From Macrostomum lignano (taxonomy: Eukaryota): a DNA stretch of 64,000 nucleotides. Shown here piece by piece: positions 16,001 to 29,613 of this stretch. The stretch covers positions 246,639 through 310,638 of the forward strand of contig NIVC01001338.1 in NCBI GenBank assembly GCA_002269645.1, in the 5' to 3' direction. The translations under genes and the position numbers were made by a program. Below the pieces are notes generated by a model. It was not told the origin of the DNA. It made no database searches and worked only from the letters and a program-made list of their open reading frames with translations. Each line of letters begins with the position of its first letter. The stretch's first letter is position 1.

Positions 16001-19000
16001 CTAAGAATGGAATCTGGTGGATTCTAAGAATGGAATCTGGGGATTCTAAGAATGGAATCTGGGGATTCTAAGAATGGAATCTGGTGGATTCTAAGAATGG
16101 AATCTGGGGATTCTAAGAATGGAATCTGGGATTCTAAGAATGGAATCTGGTGGATTCTAAGAATGGAATCTGGGGATTCTAAGAATGGAATCTGGTGGAT
16201 TCTAAGAATGGAATCTGGGGATTCTAAGAATGGAATCTGGTGGATTCTAAGAATGGAATCTGGGGATTCTAAGAATGGAATCTGGATTCTAAGAATGGAA
16301 TCTGGTGGATTCTAAGAATGGAATCTGGTGGATTCTAAGAATGGAATCTGGTGGATTCTAAGAATGGAATCTGGGGATTCTAAGAATGGAATCTGGGGAT
16401 TCTAAGAATGGAATCTGGGGATTCTAAGAATGGAATCTGGTGGATTCTAAGAATGGAATCTGGGGATTCTAAGAATGGAATCTGGTGGATTCTAAGAATG
16501 GAATCTGGGGATTCTAAGAATGGAATCTGGTGGATTCTAAGAATGGAATCTGGTGGATTCTAAGAATGGAATCTGGGGATTCTAAGAATGGAATCTGGTG
16601 GATTCTAAGAATGGAATCTGGGGATTCTAAGAATGGAATCTGGGGATTCTAAGAATGGAATCTGGTGGATTCTAAGAATGGAATCTGGGGATTCTAAGAA
16701 TGGAATCTGGTGGATTCTAAGAATGGAATCTGGGGATTCTAAGAATGGAATCTGGTGGATTCTAAGAATGGAATCTGGGGATTCTAAGAATGGAATCTGG
16801 ATTCTAAGAATGGAATCTGGTGGATTCTAAGAATGGAATCTGGTGGATTCTAAGAATGGAATCTGGTGGATTCTAAGAATGGAATCTGGTGGATTCTAAG
16901 AATGGAATCTGGGGATTCTAAGAATGGAATCTGGGGATTCTAAGAATGGAATCTGGTGGATTCTAAGAATGGAATCTGGTGGATTCTAAGAATGGAATCT
17001 GGTGGATTCTAAGAATGGAATCTGGGGATTCTAAGAATGGAATCTGGTGGATTCTAAGAATGGAATCTGGGGATTCTAAGAATGGAATCTGGTGGATTCT
17101 AAGAATGGAATCTGGTGGATTCTAAGAATGGAATCTGGGGATTCTAAGAATGGAATCTGGTGGATTCTAAGAATGGAATCTGGGGATTCTAAGAATGGAA
17201 TCTGGGGATTCTAAGAATGGAATCTGGGGATTCTAAGAATGGAATCTGGGGATTCTAAGAATGGAATCTGGTGGATTCTAAGAATGGAATCTGGGGATTC
17301 TAAGAATGGAATCTGGTGGATTCTAAGAATGGAATCTGGGGATTCTAAGAATGGAATCTGGTGGATTCTAAGAATGGAATCTGGTGGATTCTAAGAATGG
17401 AATCTGGGGATTCTAAGAATGGAATCTGGTGGATTCTAAGAATGGAATCTGGGGATTCTAAGAATGGAATCTGGTGGATTCTAAGAATGGAATCTGGGGA
17501 TTCTAAGAATGGAATCTGGGGATTCTAAGAATGGAATCTGGGGATTCTAAGAATGGAATCTGGGGATTCTAAGAATGGAATCTGGTGGATTCTAAGAATG
17601 GAATCTGGGGATTCTAAGAATGGAATCTGGTGGATTCTAAGAATGGAATCTGGGGATTCTAAGAATGGAATCTGGGATTCTAAGAATGGAATCTGGGGAT
17701 TCTAAGAATGGAATCTGGTGGATTCTAAGAATGGAATCTGGGGATTCTAAGAATGGAATCTGGGATTCTAAGAATGGAATCTGGGATTCTAAGAATGGAA
17801 TCTGGTGGATTCTAAGAATGGAATCTGGTGGATTCTAAGAATGGAATCTGGTGGATTCTAAGAATGGAATCTGGGGATTCTAAGAATGGAATCTGGTGGA
17901 TTCTAAGAATGGAATCTGGGGATTCTAAGAATGGAATCTGGGGATTCTAAGAATGGAATCTGGTGGATTCTAAGAATGGAATCTGGTGGATTCTAAGAAT
18001 GGAATCTGGTGGATTCTAAGAATGGAATCTGGGGATTCTAAGAATGGAATCTGGTGGATTCTAAGAATGGAATCTGGGGATTCTAAGAATGGAATCTGGT
18101 GGATTCTAAGAATGGAATCTGGGGATTCTAAGAATGGAATCTGGGGATTCTAAGAATGGAATCTGGGGATTCTAAGAATGGAATCTGGGGATTCTAAGAA
18201 TGGAATCTGGTGGATTCTAAGAATGGAATCTGGGGATTCTAAGAATGGAATCTGGGGATTCTAAGAATGGAATCTGGTGGATTCTAAGAATCAATCTGGG
18301 GATTCTAAGAATGGAATCTGGTGGATTCTAAGAATGGAATCTGGGGATTCTAAGAATGGAATCTGGTGGATTCTAAGAATGGAATCTGGGGATTCTAAGA
18401 ATGGAATCTGGGGATTCTAAGAATGGAATCTGGGGATTCTAAGAATGGAATCTGGTGGATTCTAAGAATGGAATCTGGTGGATTCTAAGAATGGAATCTG
18501 GGGATTCTAAGAATGGAATCTGGTGGATTCTAAGAATGGAATCTGGTGGATTCTAAGAATGGAATCTGGGGATTCTAAGAATGGAATCTGGTGGATTCTA
18601 AGAATGGAATCTGGGGATTCTAAGAATGGAATCTGGGGATTCTAAGAATGGAATCTGGGGATTCTAAGAATGGAATCTGGGGATTCTAAGAATGGAATCT
18701 GGTGGATTCTAAGAATGGAATCTGGGGATTCTAAGAATGGAATCTGGTGGATTCTAAGAATGGAATCTGGGATTCTAAGAATGGAATCTGGGGATTCTAA
18801 GAATGGAATCTGGTGGATTCTAAGAATGGAATCTGGGGATTCTAAGAATGGAATCTGGTGGATTCTAAGAATGGAATCTGGGGATTCTAAGAATGGAATC
18901 TGGGGATTCTAAGAATGGAATCTGGGGATTCTAAGAATGGAATCTGGGGATTCTAAGAATGGAATCTGGTGGATTCTAAGAATGGAATCTGGTGGATTCT

Positions 19001-22000
19001 AAGAATGGAATCTGGGATTCTAAGAATGGAATCTGGTGGATTCTAAGAATGGAATCTGGGGATTCTAAGAATGGAATCTGGTGGATTCTAAGAATGGAAT
19101 CTGGGGATTCTAAGAATGGAATCTGGTGGATTCTAAGAATGGAATCTGGGGATTCTAAGAATGGAATCTGGTGGATTCTAAGAATGGAATCTGGTGGATT
19201 CTAAGAATGGAATCTGGTGGATTCTAAGAATGGAATCTGGGGATTCTAAGAATGGAATCTGGTGGATTCTAAGAATGGAATCTGGGGATTCTAAGAATGG
19301 AATCTGGTGGATTCTAAGAATGGAATCTGGTGGATTCTAAGAATGGAATCTGGGGATTCTAAGAATGGAATCTGGTGGATTCTAAGAATGGAATCTGGGG
19401 ATTCTAAGAATGGAATCTGGGGATTCTAAGAATGGAATCTGGTGGATTCTAAGAATGGAATCTGGGGATTCTAAGAATGGAATCTGGTGGATTCTAAGAA
19501 TGGAATCTGGGGATTCTAAGAATGGAATCTGGGGATTCTAAGAATGGAATCTGGTGGATTCTAAGAATGGAATCTGGGGATTCTAAGAATGGAATCTGGT
19601 GGATTCTAAGAATGGAATCTGGGGATTCTAAGAATGGAATCTGGTGGATTCTAAGAATGGAATCTGGGGATTCTAAGAATGGAATCTGGATTCTAAGAAT
19701 GGAATCTGGTGGATTCTAAGAATGGAATCTGGTGGATTCTAAGAATGGAATCTGGTGGATTCTAAGAATGGAATCTGGTGGATTCTAAGAATGGAATCTG
19801 GGGATTCTAAGAATGGAATCTGGGGATTCTAAGAATGGAATCTGGTGGATTCTAAGAATGGAATCTGGGGATTCTAAGAATGGAATCTGGTGGATTCTAA
19901 GAATGGAATCTGGGGATTCTAAGAATGGAATCTGGTGGATTCTAAGAATGGAATCTGGGGATTCTAAGAATGGAATCTGGGGATTCTAAGAATGGAATCT
20001 GGTGGATTCTAAGAATGGAATCTGGGGATTCTAAGAATGGAATCTGGTGGATTCTAAGAATGGAATCTGGGGATTCTAAGAATGGAATCTGGTGGATTCT
20101 AAGAATGGAATCTGGTGGATTCTAAGAATGGAATCTGGGGATTCTAAGAATGGAATCTGGTGGATTCTAAGAATGGAATCTGGGGATTCTAAGAATGGAA
20201 TCTGGGGATTCTAAGAATGGAATCTGGGGATTCTAAGAATGGAATCTGGGGATTCTAAGAATGGAATCTGGTGGATTCTAAGAATGGAATCTGGGGATTC
20301 TAAGAATGGAATCTGGTGGATTCTAAGAATGGAATCTGGGGATTCTAAGAATGGAATCTGGTGGATTCTAAGAATGGAATCTGGGGATTCTAAGAATGGA
20401 ATCTGGGGATTCTAAGAATGGAATCTGGGGATTCTAAGAATGGAATCTGGGGATTCTAAGAATGGAATCTGGTGGATTCTAAGAATGGAATCTGGGGATT
20501 CTAAGAATGGAATCTGGTGGATTCTAAGAATGGAATCTGGGGATTCTAAGAATGGAATCTGGGATTCTAAGAATGGAATCTGGGGATTCTAAGAATGGAA
20601 TCTGGGGATTCTAAGAATGGAATCTGGGGATTCTAAGAATGGAATCTGGTGGATTCTAAGAATGGAATCTGGGGATTCTAAGAATGGAATCTGGGGATTC
20701 TAAGAATGGAATCTGGTGGATTCTAAGAATGGAATCTGGGGATTCTAAGAATGGAATCTGGTGGATTCTAAGAATGGAATCTGGGGATTCTAAGAATGGA
20801 ATCTGGGGATTCTAAGAATGGAATCTGGTGGATTCTAAGAATGGAATCTGGGGATTCTAAGAATGGAATCTGGTGGATTCTAAGAATGGAATCTGGGGAT
20901 TCTAAGAATGGAATCTGGATTCTAAGAATGGAATCTGGGGATTCTAAGAATGGAATCTGGTGGATTCTAAGAATGGAATCTGGTGGATTCTAAGAATGGA
21001 ATCTGGTGGATTCTAAGAATGGAATCTGGTGGATTCTAAGAATGGAATCTGGGGATTCTAAGAATGGAATCTGGGGATTCTAAGAATGGAATCTGGGGAT
21101 TCTAAGAATGGAATCTGGTGGATTCTAAGAATGGAATCTGGTGGATTCTAAGAATGGAATCTGGTGGATTCTAAGAATGGAATCTGGTGGATTCTAAGAA
21201 TGGAATCTGGGGATTCTAAGAATGGAATCTGGTGGATTCTAAGAATGGAATCTGGGGATTCTAAGAATGGAATCTGGTGGATTCTAAGAATGGAATCTGG
21301 GGATTCTAAGAATGGAATCTGGTGGATTCTAAGAATGGAATCTGGGGATTCTAAGAATGGAATCTGGATTCTAAGAATGGAATCTGGTGGATTCTAAGAA
21401 TGGAATCTGGGGATTCTAAGAATGGAATCTGGTGGATTCTAAGAATGGAATCTGGTGGATTCTAAGAATGGAATCTGGGGATTCTAAGAATGGAATCTGG
21501 TGGATTCTAAGAATGGAATCTGGGATTCTAAGAATGGAATCTGGGGATTCTAAGAATGGAATCTGGTGGATTCTAAGAATGGAATCTGGTGGATTCTAAG
21601 AATGGAATCTGGGGATTCTAAGAATGGAATCTGGTGGATTCTAAGAATGGAATCTGGGGATTCTAAGAATGGAATCTGGTGGATTCTAAGAATGGAATCT
21701 GGGGATTCTAAGAATGGAATCTGGGGATTCTAAGAATGGAATCTGGGGATTCTAAGAATGGAATCTGGGGATTCTAAGAATGGAATCTGGTGGATTCTAA
21801 GAATGGAATCTGGGGATTCTAAGAATGGAATCTGGTGGATTCTAAGAATGGAATCTGGGGATTCTAAGAATGGAATCTGGGGATTCTAAGAATGGAATCT
21901 GGTGGATTCTAAGAATGGAATCTGGTGGATTCTAAGAATGGAATCTGGTGGATTCTAAGAATGGAATCTGGGGGATTCTAAGAATGGAATCTGGTGGATT

Positions 22001-25000
22001 CTAAGAATGGAATCTGGTGGATTCTAAGAATGGAATCTGGGGATTCTAAGAATGGAATCTGGTGGATTCTAAGAATGGAATCTGGAGGATTCTAAGAATG
22101 GAATCTGGTGGATTCTAAGAATGGAATCTGGTGGATTCTAAGAATGGAATCTGGGGATTCTAAGAATGGAATCTGGTGGATTCTAAGAATGGAATCTGGT
22201 GGATTCTAAGAATGGAATCTGGGGATTCTAAGAATGGAATCTGGGGATTCTAAGAATGGAATCTGGGGATTCTAAGAATGGAATCTGGTGGATTCTAAGA
22301 ATGGAATCTGGGGATTCTAAGAATGGAATCTGGTGGATTCTAAGAATGGAATCTGGTGGATTCTAAGAATGGAATCTGGGGATTCTAAGAATGGAATCTG
22401 GTGGATTCTAAGAATGGAATCTGGTGGATTCTAAGAATGGAATCTGGTGGATTCTAAGAATGGAATCTGGTGGATTCTAAGAATGGAATCTGGGGATTCT
22501 AAGAATGGAATCTGGTGGATTCTAAGAATGGAATCTGGTGGATTCTAAGAATGGAATCTGGTGGATTCTAAGAATGGAATCTGGTGGATTCTAAGAATGG
22601 AATCTGGTGGATTCTAAGAATGGAATCTGGGGATTCTAAGAATGGAATCTGGTGGATTCTAAGAATGGAATCTGGGGATTCTAAGAATGGAATCTGGTGG
22701 ATTCTAAGAATGGAATCTGGGGATTCTAAGAATGGAATCTGGTGGATTCTAAGAATGGAATCTGGTGGATTCTAAGAATGGAATCTGGGGATTCTAAGAA
22801 TGGAATCTGGGGATTCTAAGAATGGAATCTGGGGATTCTAAGAATGGAATCTGGGGATTCTAAGAATGGAATCTGGTGGATTCTAAGAATGGAATCTGGG
22901 GATTCTAAGAATGGAATCTGGGGATTCTAAGAATGGAATCTGGTGGATTCTAAGAATGGAATCTGGTGGATTCTAAGAATGGAATCTGGGGATTCTAAGA
23001 ATGGAATCTGGGGATTCTAAGAATGGAATCTGGGGATTCTAAGAATGGAATCTGGTGGATTCTAAGAATGGAATCTGGGGATTCTAAGAATGGAATCTGG
23101 GGATTCTAAGAATGGAATCTGGGGATTCTAAGAATGGAATCTGGGGATTCTAAGAATGGAATCTGGGGATTCTAAGAATGGAATCTGGGGATTCTAAGAA
23201 TGGAATCTGGGGATTCTAAGAATGGAATCTGGTGGATTCTAAGAATGGAATCTGGGGATTCTAAGAATGGAATCTGGGGATTCTAAGAATGGAATCTGGG
23301 GATTCTAAGAATGGAATCTGGTGGATTCTAAGAATGGAATCTGGGGATTCTAAGAATGGAATCTGGGGATTCTAAGAATGGAATCTGGTGGATTCTAAGA
23401 ATGGAATCTGGTGGATTCTAAGAATGGAATCTGGGGATTCTAAGAATGGAATCTGGTGGATTCTAAGAATGGAATCTGGGGATTCTAAGAATGGAATCTG
23501 GTGGATTCTAAGAATGGAATCTGGGGATTCTAAGAATGGAATCTGGTGGATTCTAAGAATGGAATCTGGTATTCTAAGAATGGAATCTGGGGATTCTAAG
23601 AATGGAATCTGGGGATTCTAAGAATGGAATCTGGGGATTCTAAGAATGGAATCTGGTGGATTCTAAGAATGGAATCTGGGGATTCTAAGAATGGAATCTG
23701 GGGATTCTAAGAATGGAATCTGGTGGATTCTAAGAATGGAATCTGGGGATTCTAAGAATGGAATCTGGTGGATTCTAAGAATGGAATCTGGGGATTCTAA
23801 GAATGGAATCTGGTGGATTCTAAGAATGGAATCTGGGGATTCTAAGAATGGAATCTGGGGATTCTAAGAATGGAATCTGGGGATTCTAAGAATGGAATCT
23901 GGTGGATTCTAAGAATGGAATCTGGGGATTCTAAGAATGGAATCTGGTGGATTCTAAGAATGGAATCTGGTGGATTCTAAGAATGGAATCTGGTGGATTC
24001 TAAGAATGGAATCTGGTGGATTCTAAGAATGGAATCTGGTGGATTCTAAGAATGGAATCTGGTGGATTCTAAGAATGGAATCTGGTGGATTCTAAGAATG
24101 GAATCTGGTGGATTCTAAGAATGGAATCTGGTGGATTCTAAGAATGGAATCTGGGGATTCTAAGAATGGAATCTGGGGATTCTAAGAATGGAATCTGGTG
24201 GATTCTAAGAATGGAATCTGGGGATTCTAAGAATGGAATCTGGGGATTCTAAGAATGGAATCTGGGGATTCTAAGAATGGAATCTGGGGATTCTAAGAAT
24301 GGAATCTGGGGATTCTAAGAATGGAATCTGGGGATTCTAAGAATGGAATCTGGTGGATTCTAAGAATGGAATCTGGGGATTCTAAGAATGGAATCTGGGG
24401 ATTCTAAGAATGGAATCTGGGATTCTAAGAATGGAATCTGGGGATTCTAAGAATGGAATCTGGGGATTCTAAGAATGGAATCTGGGGATTCTAAGAATGG
24501 AATCTGGGGATTCTAAGAATGGAATCTGGGGATTCTAAGAATGGAATCTGGGGATTCTAAGAATGGAATCTGGTGGATTCTAAGAATGGAATCTGGATTC
24601 TAAGAATGGAATCTGGTGGATTCTAAGAATGGAATCTGGTGGATTCTAAGAATGGAATCTGGGATTCTAAGAATGGAATCTGGTGGATTCTAAGAATGGA
24701 ATCTGGTGGATTCTAAGAATGGAATCTGGTGGATTCTAAGAATGGAATCTGGGGATTCTAAGAATGGAATCTGGTGGATTCTAAGAATGGAATCTGGGGA
24801 TTCTAAGAATGGAATCTGGGGATTCTAAGAATGGAATCTGGTGGATTCTAAGAATGGAATCTGGTGGATTCTAAGAATGGAATCTGGTGGATTCTAAGAA
24901 TGGAATCTGGTGGATTCTAAGAATGGAATCTGGTGGATTCTAAGAATGGAATCTGGGGATTCTAAGAATGGAATCTGGTGGATTCTAAGAATGGAATCTG

Positions 25001-28000
25001 GTGGATTCTAAGAATGGAATCTGGTGGATTCTAAGAATGGAATCTGGTGGATTCTAAGAATGGAATCTGGTGGATTCTAAGAATGGAATCTGGTGGATTC
25101 TAAGAATGGAATCTGGTGGATTCTAAGAATGGAATCTGGTGGATTCTAAGAATGGAATCTGGTGGATTCTAAGAATGGAATCTGGTGGATTCTAAGAATG
25201 GAATCTGGTGGATTCTAAGAATCAATCTGGGGATTCTAAGAATGTAATCTGGTGGATTCTAAGAATCAATCTGGGGATTCTAAGAATGTAATCTGGTGGA
25301 TTCTAAGAATGGAATCTGGGGATTCTAAGAATGGAATCTGGGGATTCTAAGAATGGAATCTGGGGATTCTAAGAATGGAATCTGGGGATTCTAAGAATGG
25401 AATCTGGTGGATTCTAAGAATGGAATCTGGGGATTCTAAGAATGGAATCTGGGGATTCTAAGAATGGAATCTGGTGGATTCTAAGAATGGAATCTGGGGA
25501 TTCTAAGAATGGAATCTGGTAGGATTCTAAGAATCAATCTGGGGATTCTAAGAATGTAATCTGGTGGATTCTAAGAATGGAATCTGGGGATTCTAAGAAT
25601 GGAATCTGGGGATTCTAAGAATGGAATCTGGGGATTCTAAGAATGGAATCTGGGGATTCTAAGAATGGAATCTGGTGGATTCTAAGAATGGAATCTGGGG
25701 GATTCTAAGAATGGAATCTGGTGGATTCTAAGAATGGAATCTGGTGGATTCTAAGAATCAATCTGGGGATTCTAAGAATGGAATCTGGTGGATTCTAAGA
25801 ATGGAATCTGGGGATTCTAAGAATGGAATCTGGGGATTCTAAGAATGGAATCTGGGGATTCTAAGAATGGAATCTGGGGATTCTAAGAATGGAATCTGGT
25901 GGATTCTAAGAATGGAATCTGGGGGATTCTAAGAATGGAATCTGGAGGATTCTAAGAATGGAATCTGGGGGATTCTAAGAATGGAATCTGGTGGATTCTA
26001 AGAATGGAATCTGATGGACTTCTAAGAATGGAATCTGGGGATTCTAAGAATGGAATCTGGTAGGATTCTAAGAATGGAATCTGGGGGATTCTAAGAATGG
26101 AATCTGGTGGATTCTAAGAATGGAATCTGGAGAATTCTAAGAATGGAAACTGGGCGATTCTAAGAATGGAATCTGGTGGATTCTAAAAATGGAATCTGGA
26201 GGATTCTAAGAATGGAATCTGGGATTCTAAGAATGGAATCTGGTGGATTCTAAGAATGGAATCTGGGGATTCTAAGAATGGAATCTGGTGGACTCTAAGA
26301 ATGGAATCTGGGGATTCTAAGAATGGAATCTGGTGGATTCTAAGAATGGAATCTGGGGATTCTAAGAATGGAATCTGGATTCTAAGAATGGAATCTGGTG
26401 GATTCTAAGAATGGAATCTGGTGGATTCTAAGAATGGAATCTGGTGGATTCTAAGAATGGAATCTGGTGGATTCTAAGAATGGAATCTGGTGGATTCTAA
26501 GAATGGAATCTGGTGGATTCTAAGAATGGAATCTGGTAGATTCTAAGAATGGAATCTGGTGGATTCTAAGAATGGAATCTGGTGGATTCTAAGAATGGAA
26601 TCTGGGGGATTCTAAGAATAGAATCTGGTGGATTCTAAGAATGGAATCTGGTGGATTCTAAGAATGGAATCTGGGGGATTCTAAGAATGGAATCTGGAGG
26701 ATTCTAAGAATGGAATCTGGTGGATTCTAAGAATGGAATCTGGTGGATTCTAAGAATGGAATCTGGTGGATTCTAAGAACTCAATCTAGGGGATTCTTAG
26801 AATGTAATCTGGTGGATTCTAAGAACTCAATCTAGGGGATTCTTAGAATGTAATCTGGTGGATTCTAAGAATTCAATCTGGGGGATTCTAAGAATGGAAT
26901 CTGGGGATTCTAAGAATGGAATCTGGGGGATTCTAAGAATGGAATCTGGTGGATTCTAAGAATGGAATCTGGTGGATTCTAAGAATGGAATCTGGTGGAT
27001 TCTAAGAATGGAATCTGGAGGATTCTAAGAATGGAATCTGGTGGATTCTAAGAATGGAATCTGGTGGATTCTAAGAACTCAATCTAGGGGATTCTAAGAA
27101 TGGAATCTGGTGGATTCTAAGAACTCAATCTAGGGGATTCTTAGAATGTAATCTGGTGGATTCTAAGAATTCAATCTGGGGGATTCTAAGAATGGAATCT
27201 GGGGGATTCTAAGAATGATCTGGGGATTCTAAGAATGGAATCTGGTGGATTCTAAGAATGGAATCTGGGGGATTCTAAGAATGGAATCTGGTGGATTCTA
27301 AGAATGGAATCTGGAGAATTCTAAGAATGGAAACTGGGCGATTCTAAGAATGGAATCTGGTGGATTCTAAAAATGGAATCTGGAGGATTCTAAGAATGGA
27401 ATCTGATGGACTCTAAGAATGGAATGTGGTGGATTCTAAGAATGGAATCTGGGGGATTCTAAGAATGGAATCTGGTGGACTCTAAGAATGGAATCTGGGC
27501 GATTCTAAGAATGGAATCTGGTGGATTCTAAGAATGGAATCTGGGGGATTCTAAGAATGGAATCTGAAGAATTCTAAGAATGGAATCTGGTGGATTCTAA
27601 GAATGGAATCTGGTGGATTCTAAGAATGGAATCTGGTGGATTCTAAGAATAGAATCTGGTGGATTCTAAGAATGGAATCTGGGCGATTCTAAGAATGGAA
27701 TCTGGGCGATTCTAAGAATGGAATCTGGTAGATTCTAAGAATGGAATCTGGTGGATTCTAAGAATAGAATCTGGTGGATTCTAAGAATAGAATCTGGTGG
27801 ATTCTAAGAATAGAATCTGGTGGATTCTAAGAATGGAATCTGGTGGATTCTAAGAATGGAATCTGGGGGATTCTAAGAATGGAATCTGGAGGATTCTAAG
27901 AATGGATCTGGTGGATTCTAAGAATGGATCTGGTGGATTCTAAGAATGGAATCTGGTGGATTCTAAGAACTCAATCTAGGGGATTCTTAGAATGTAATCT

Positions 28001-28530
28001 GGTGGATTCTAAGAATTCAATCTGGGGGATTCTAAGAATGGAATCTGGGGGATTCTAAGAATGGAATCTGGTGGATTCTAAGAATGGAATCTGGGGGATT
28101 CTAAGAATGGAATCTGGTGGATTCTAAGAATGGAATCTGGTGGATTCTAAGAATGGAATCTGGTGGATTCTAAGAATGGAATCTGGGGATTCTAAGAATG
28201 GAATCTGGTGGATTCTAAGAATGGAATCTGGTGGATTCTAAGAATGGAATCTGGTGGATTCTAAGAATGGAATCTGGGGATTCTAAGAATGGAATCTGGT
28301 GGATCTAAGAATGGAATCTGGGGATTCTAAGAATGGAATCTGGGGGATTCTAAGAATGGAATCTGGGGGATTCTAAGAATGGAATCTGGGGGATTCTAAG
28401 AATGGAATCTGGGGGATTCTAAGAATGGAATCTGGGGGATGGAATCTGGGGGATTCTAAGAATGGAATCTGGGGGATTCTAAGAATGGAATCTGGTTCTA
28501 AGAATGGAATCTGTTCTAAGAATGGAATCA
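1068..28530. repeat. Satellite array, ~27.5 kb, roughly 1,200 monomers of GATTCTAAGAATGGAATCT + spacer (GGTG = 23 bp, GGG = 22 bp, rarer G, GG, GGGG)
   Basis: Continuous tandem repetition with diverged monomers at both edges and a homogeneous core; two HinfI (GANTC) sites per monomer. Confidence 0.98.
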
Positions 28531-28714
28531 GAGGAATTCTAGGAGTAGGGTTAGAAGACAGCTTCTAGGAGTAGAGAAGACAGCTGAAGATGAGGAGCGA
28601 AGGGTTAGAAGAACAGCTGTGTCAATTATATAAATTTGGCTAACGGACAATTCTAAGACTGAATCAGGTGCCTGCTCATGTCGAGTCGGTGGAATGAAGA
28701 GTATTGACACTCAC

Positions 28715-29136
28715 CGACTATTCAGTCGTTCGGCGAGTGTCTCAACCTGAGTTCTAGCCTGCATCAGCTCTTCATCGTACTTGGACGGAACGGCCTTATT
28801 GAAATTCGGCATGCCGGATATCCTGTTGTGCACCAGAAGCATCCGCATGTACAAGACGTAGGCTCGCTCCTCATCTCGTGCAACATGAAAGTACTTTTCC
28901 GCTGCGCTGAACAAATTGCCCAACAGTTTCATGCCCACAGCTGCACTGCCAACTGCGTGCACTGTGTAGGCTGCGCGCCGATTCAAATCGTTTACCGATC
29001 GGCCGAAATGCAGCGGCAACGGCTGCAGCGATGACTTGCGAGTTGATGCCGTCTTTGCTGGCATTAGCAACTGCTCAGACTGCGGCTGCTGCTGCTGCTG
29101 CTGCTGATCCTGCGGCTGCCGCGGCGGTTGACTCAT
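28715..29136 (-). CDS. USP8: USP8/UBPY N-terminal (dimerisation/MIT-like) exon; the gene continues towards lower coordinates
   Basis: LHFGRSVNDLNRR...ARDEERAYVLYMR...AERLNSR matches USP8 LYLSSSLKDLNKK...RDEERAYVLYMK...AERLSESLKLR. The ORF runs into a CG|GTGAGT donor at 28714; an acceptor TTCTCCAG lies at 29177-29176. Confidence 0.85.
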
Positions 29137-29389
29137 TTCTTTGTTAATGCTAGCAGCTGCCCAGGTGTTAAACAGCTGGAGAAATACAGAGCTTTGTTAT
29201 TATTTATTTACTCAATCACTAATCTATGCGAATATATCGTTCGAGATGATTATTGTTAAGTGATTTATAATTTAATATTTTGAACAAACTCCAGCTATGT
29301 CTATGGCTGCAACATGCTTGTTTGTGTTGAACTTCTAAATTTAGAATCATCACTAGTCTCACATCACTGATCACTAATTTAAGAATCAC

Positions 29390-29613
<224 letters not shown>

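Noticed and set aside
7480-23621. ORFs reading MESGDSKNGIWWILR...
   Set aside because: They arise wherever 22- and 23-bp monomers alternate (45 bp = 15 codons); satellite artefacts.
1068-28530. CRISPR-like array or telomere
   Set aside because: No unique spacers between repeats, no cas genes, eukaryotic context; the monomer is not a telomeric repeat.
28528-28710. 60-aa ORF or short USP8 exon between the donor and the array
   Set aside because: Each candidate acceptor tested gives an early stop in the USP8 frame.
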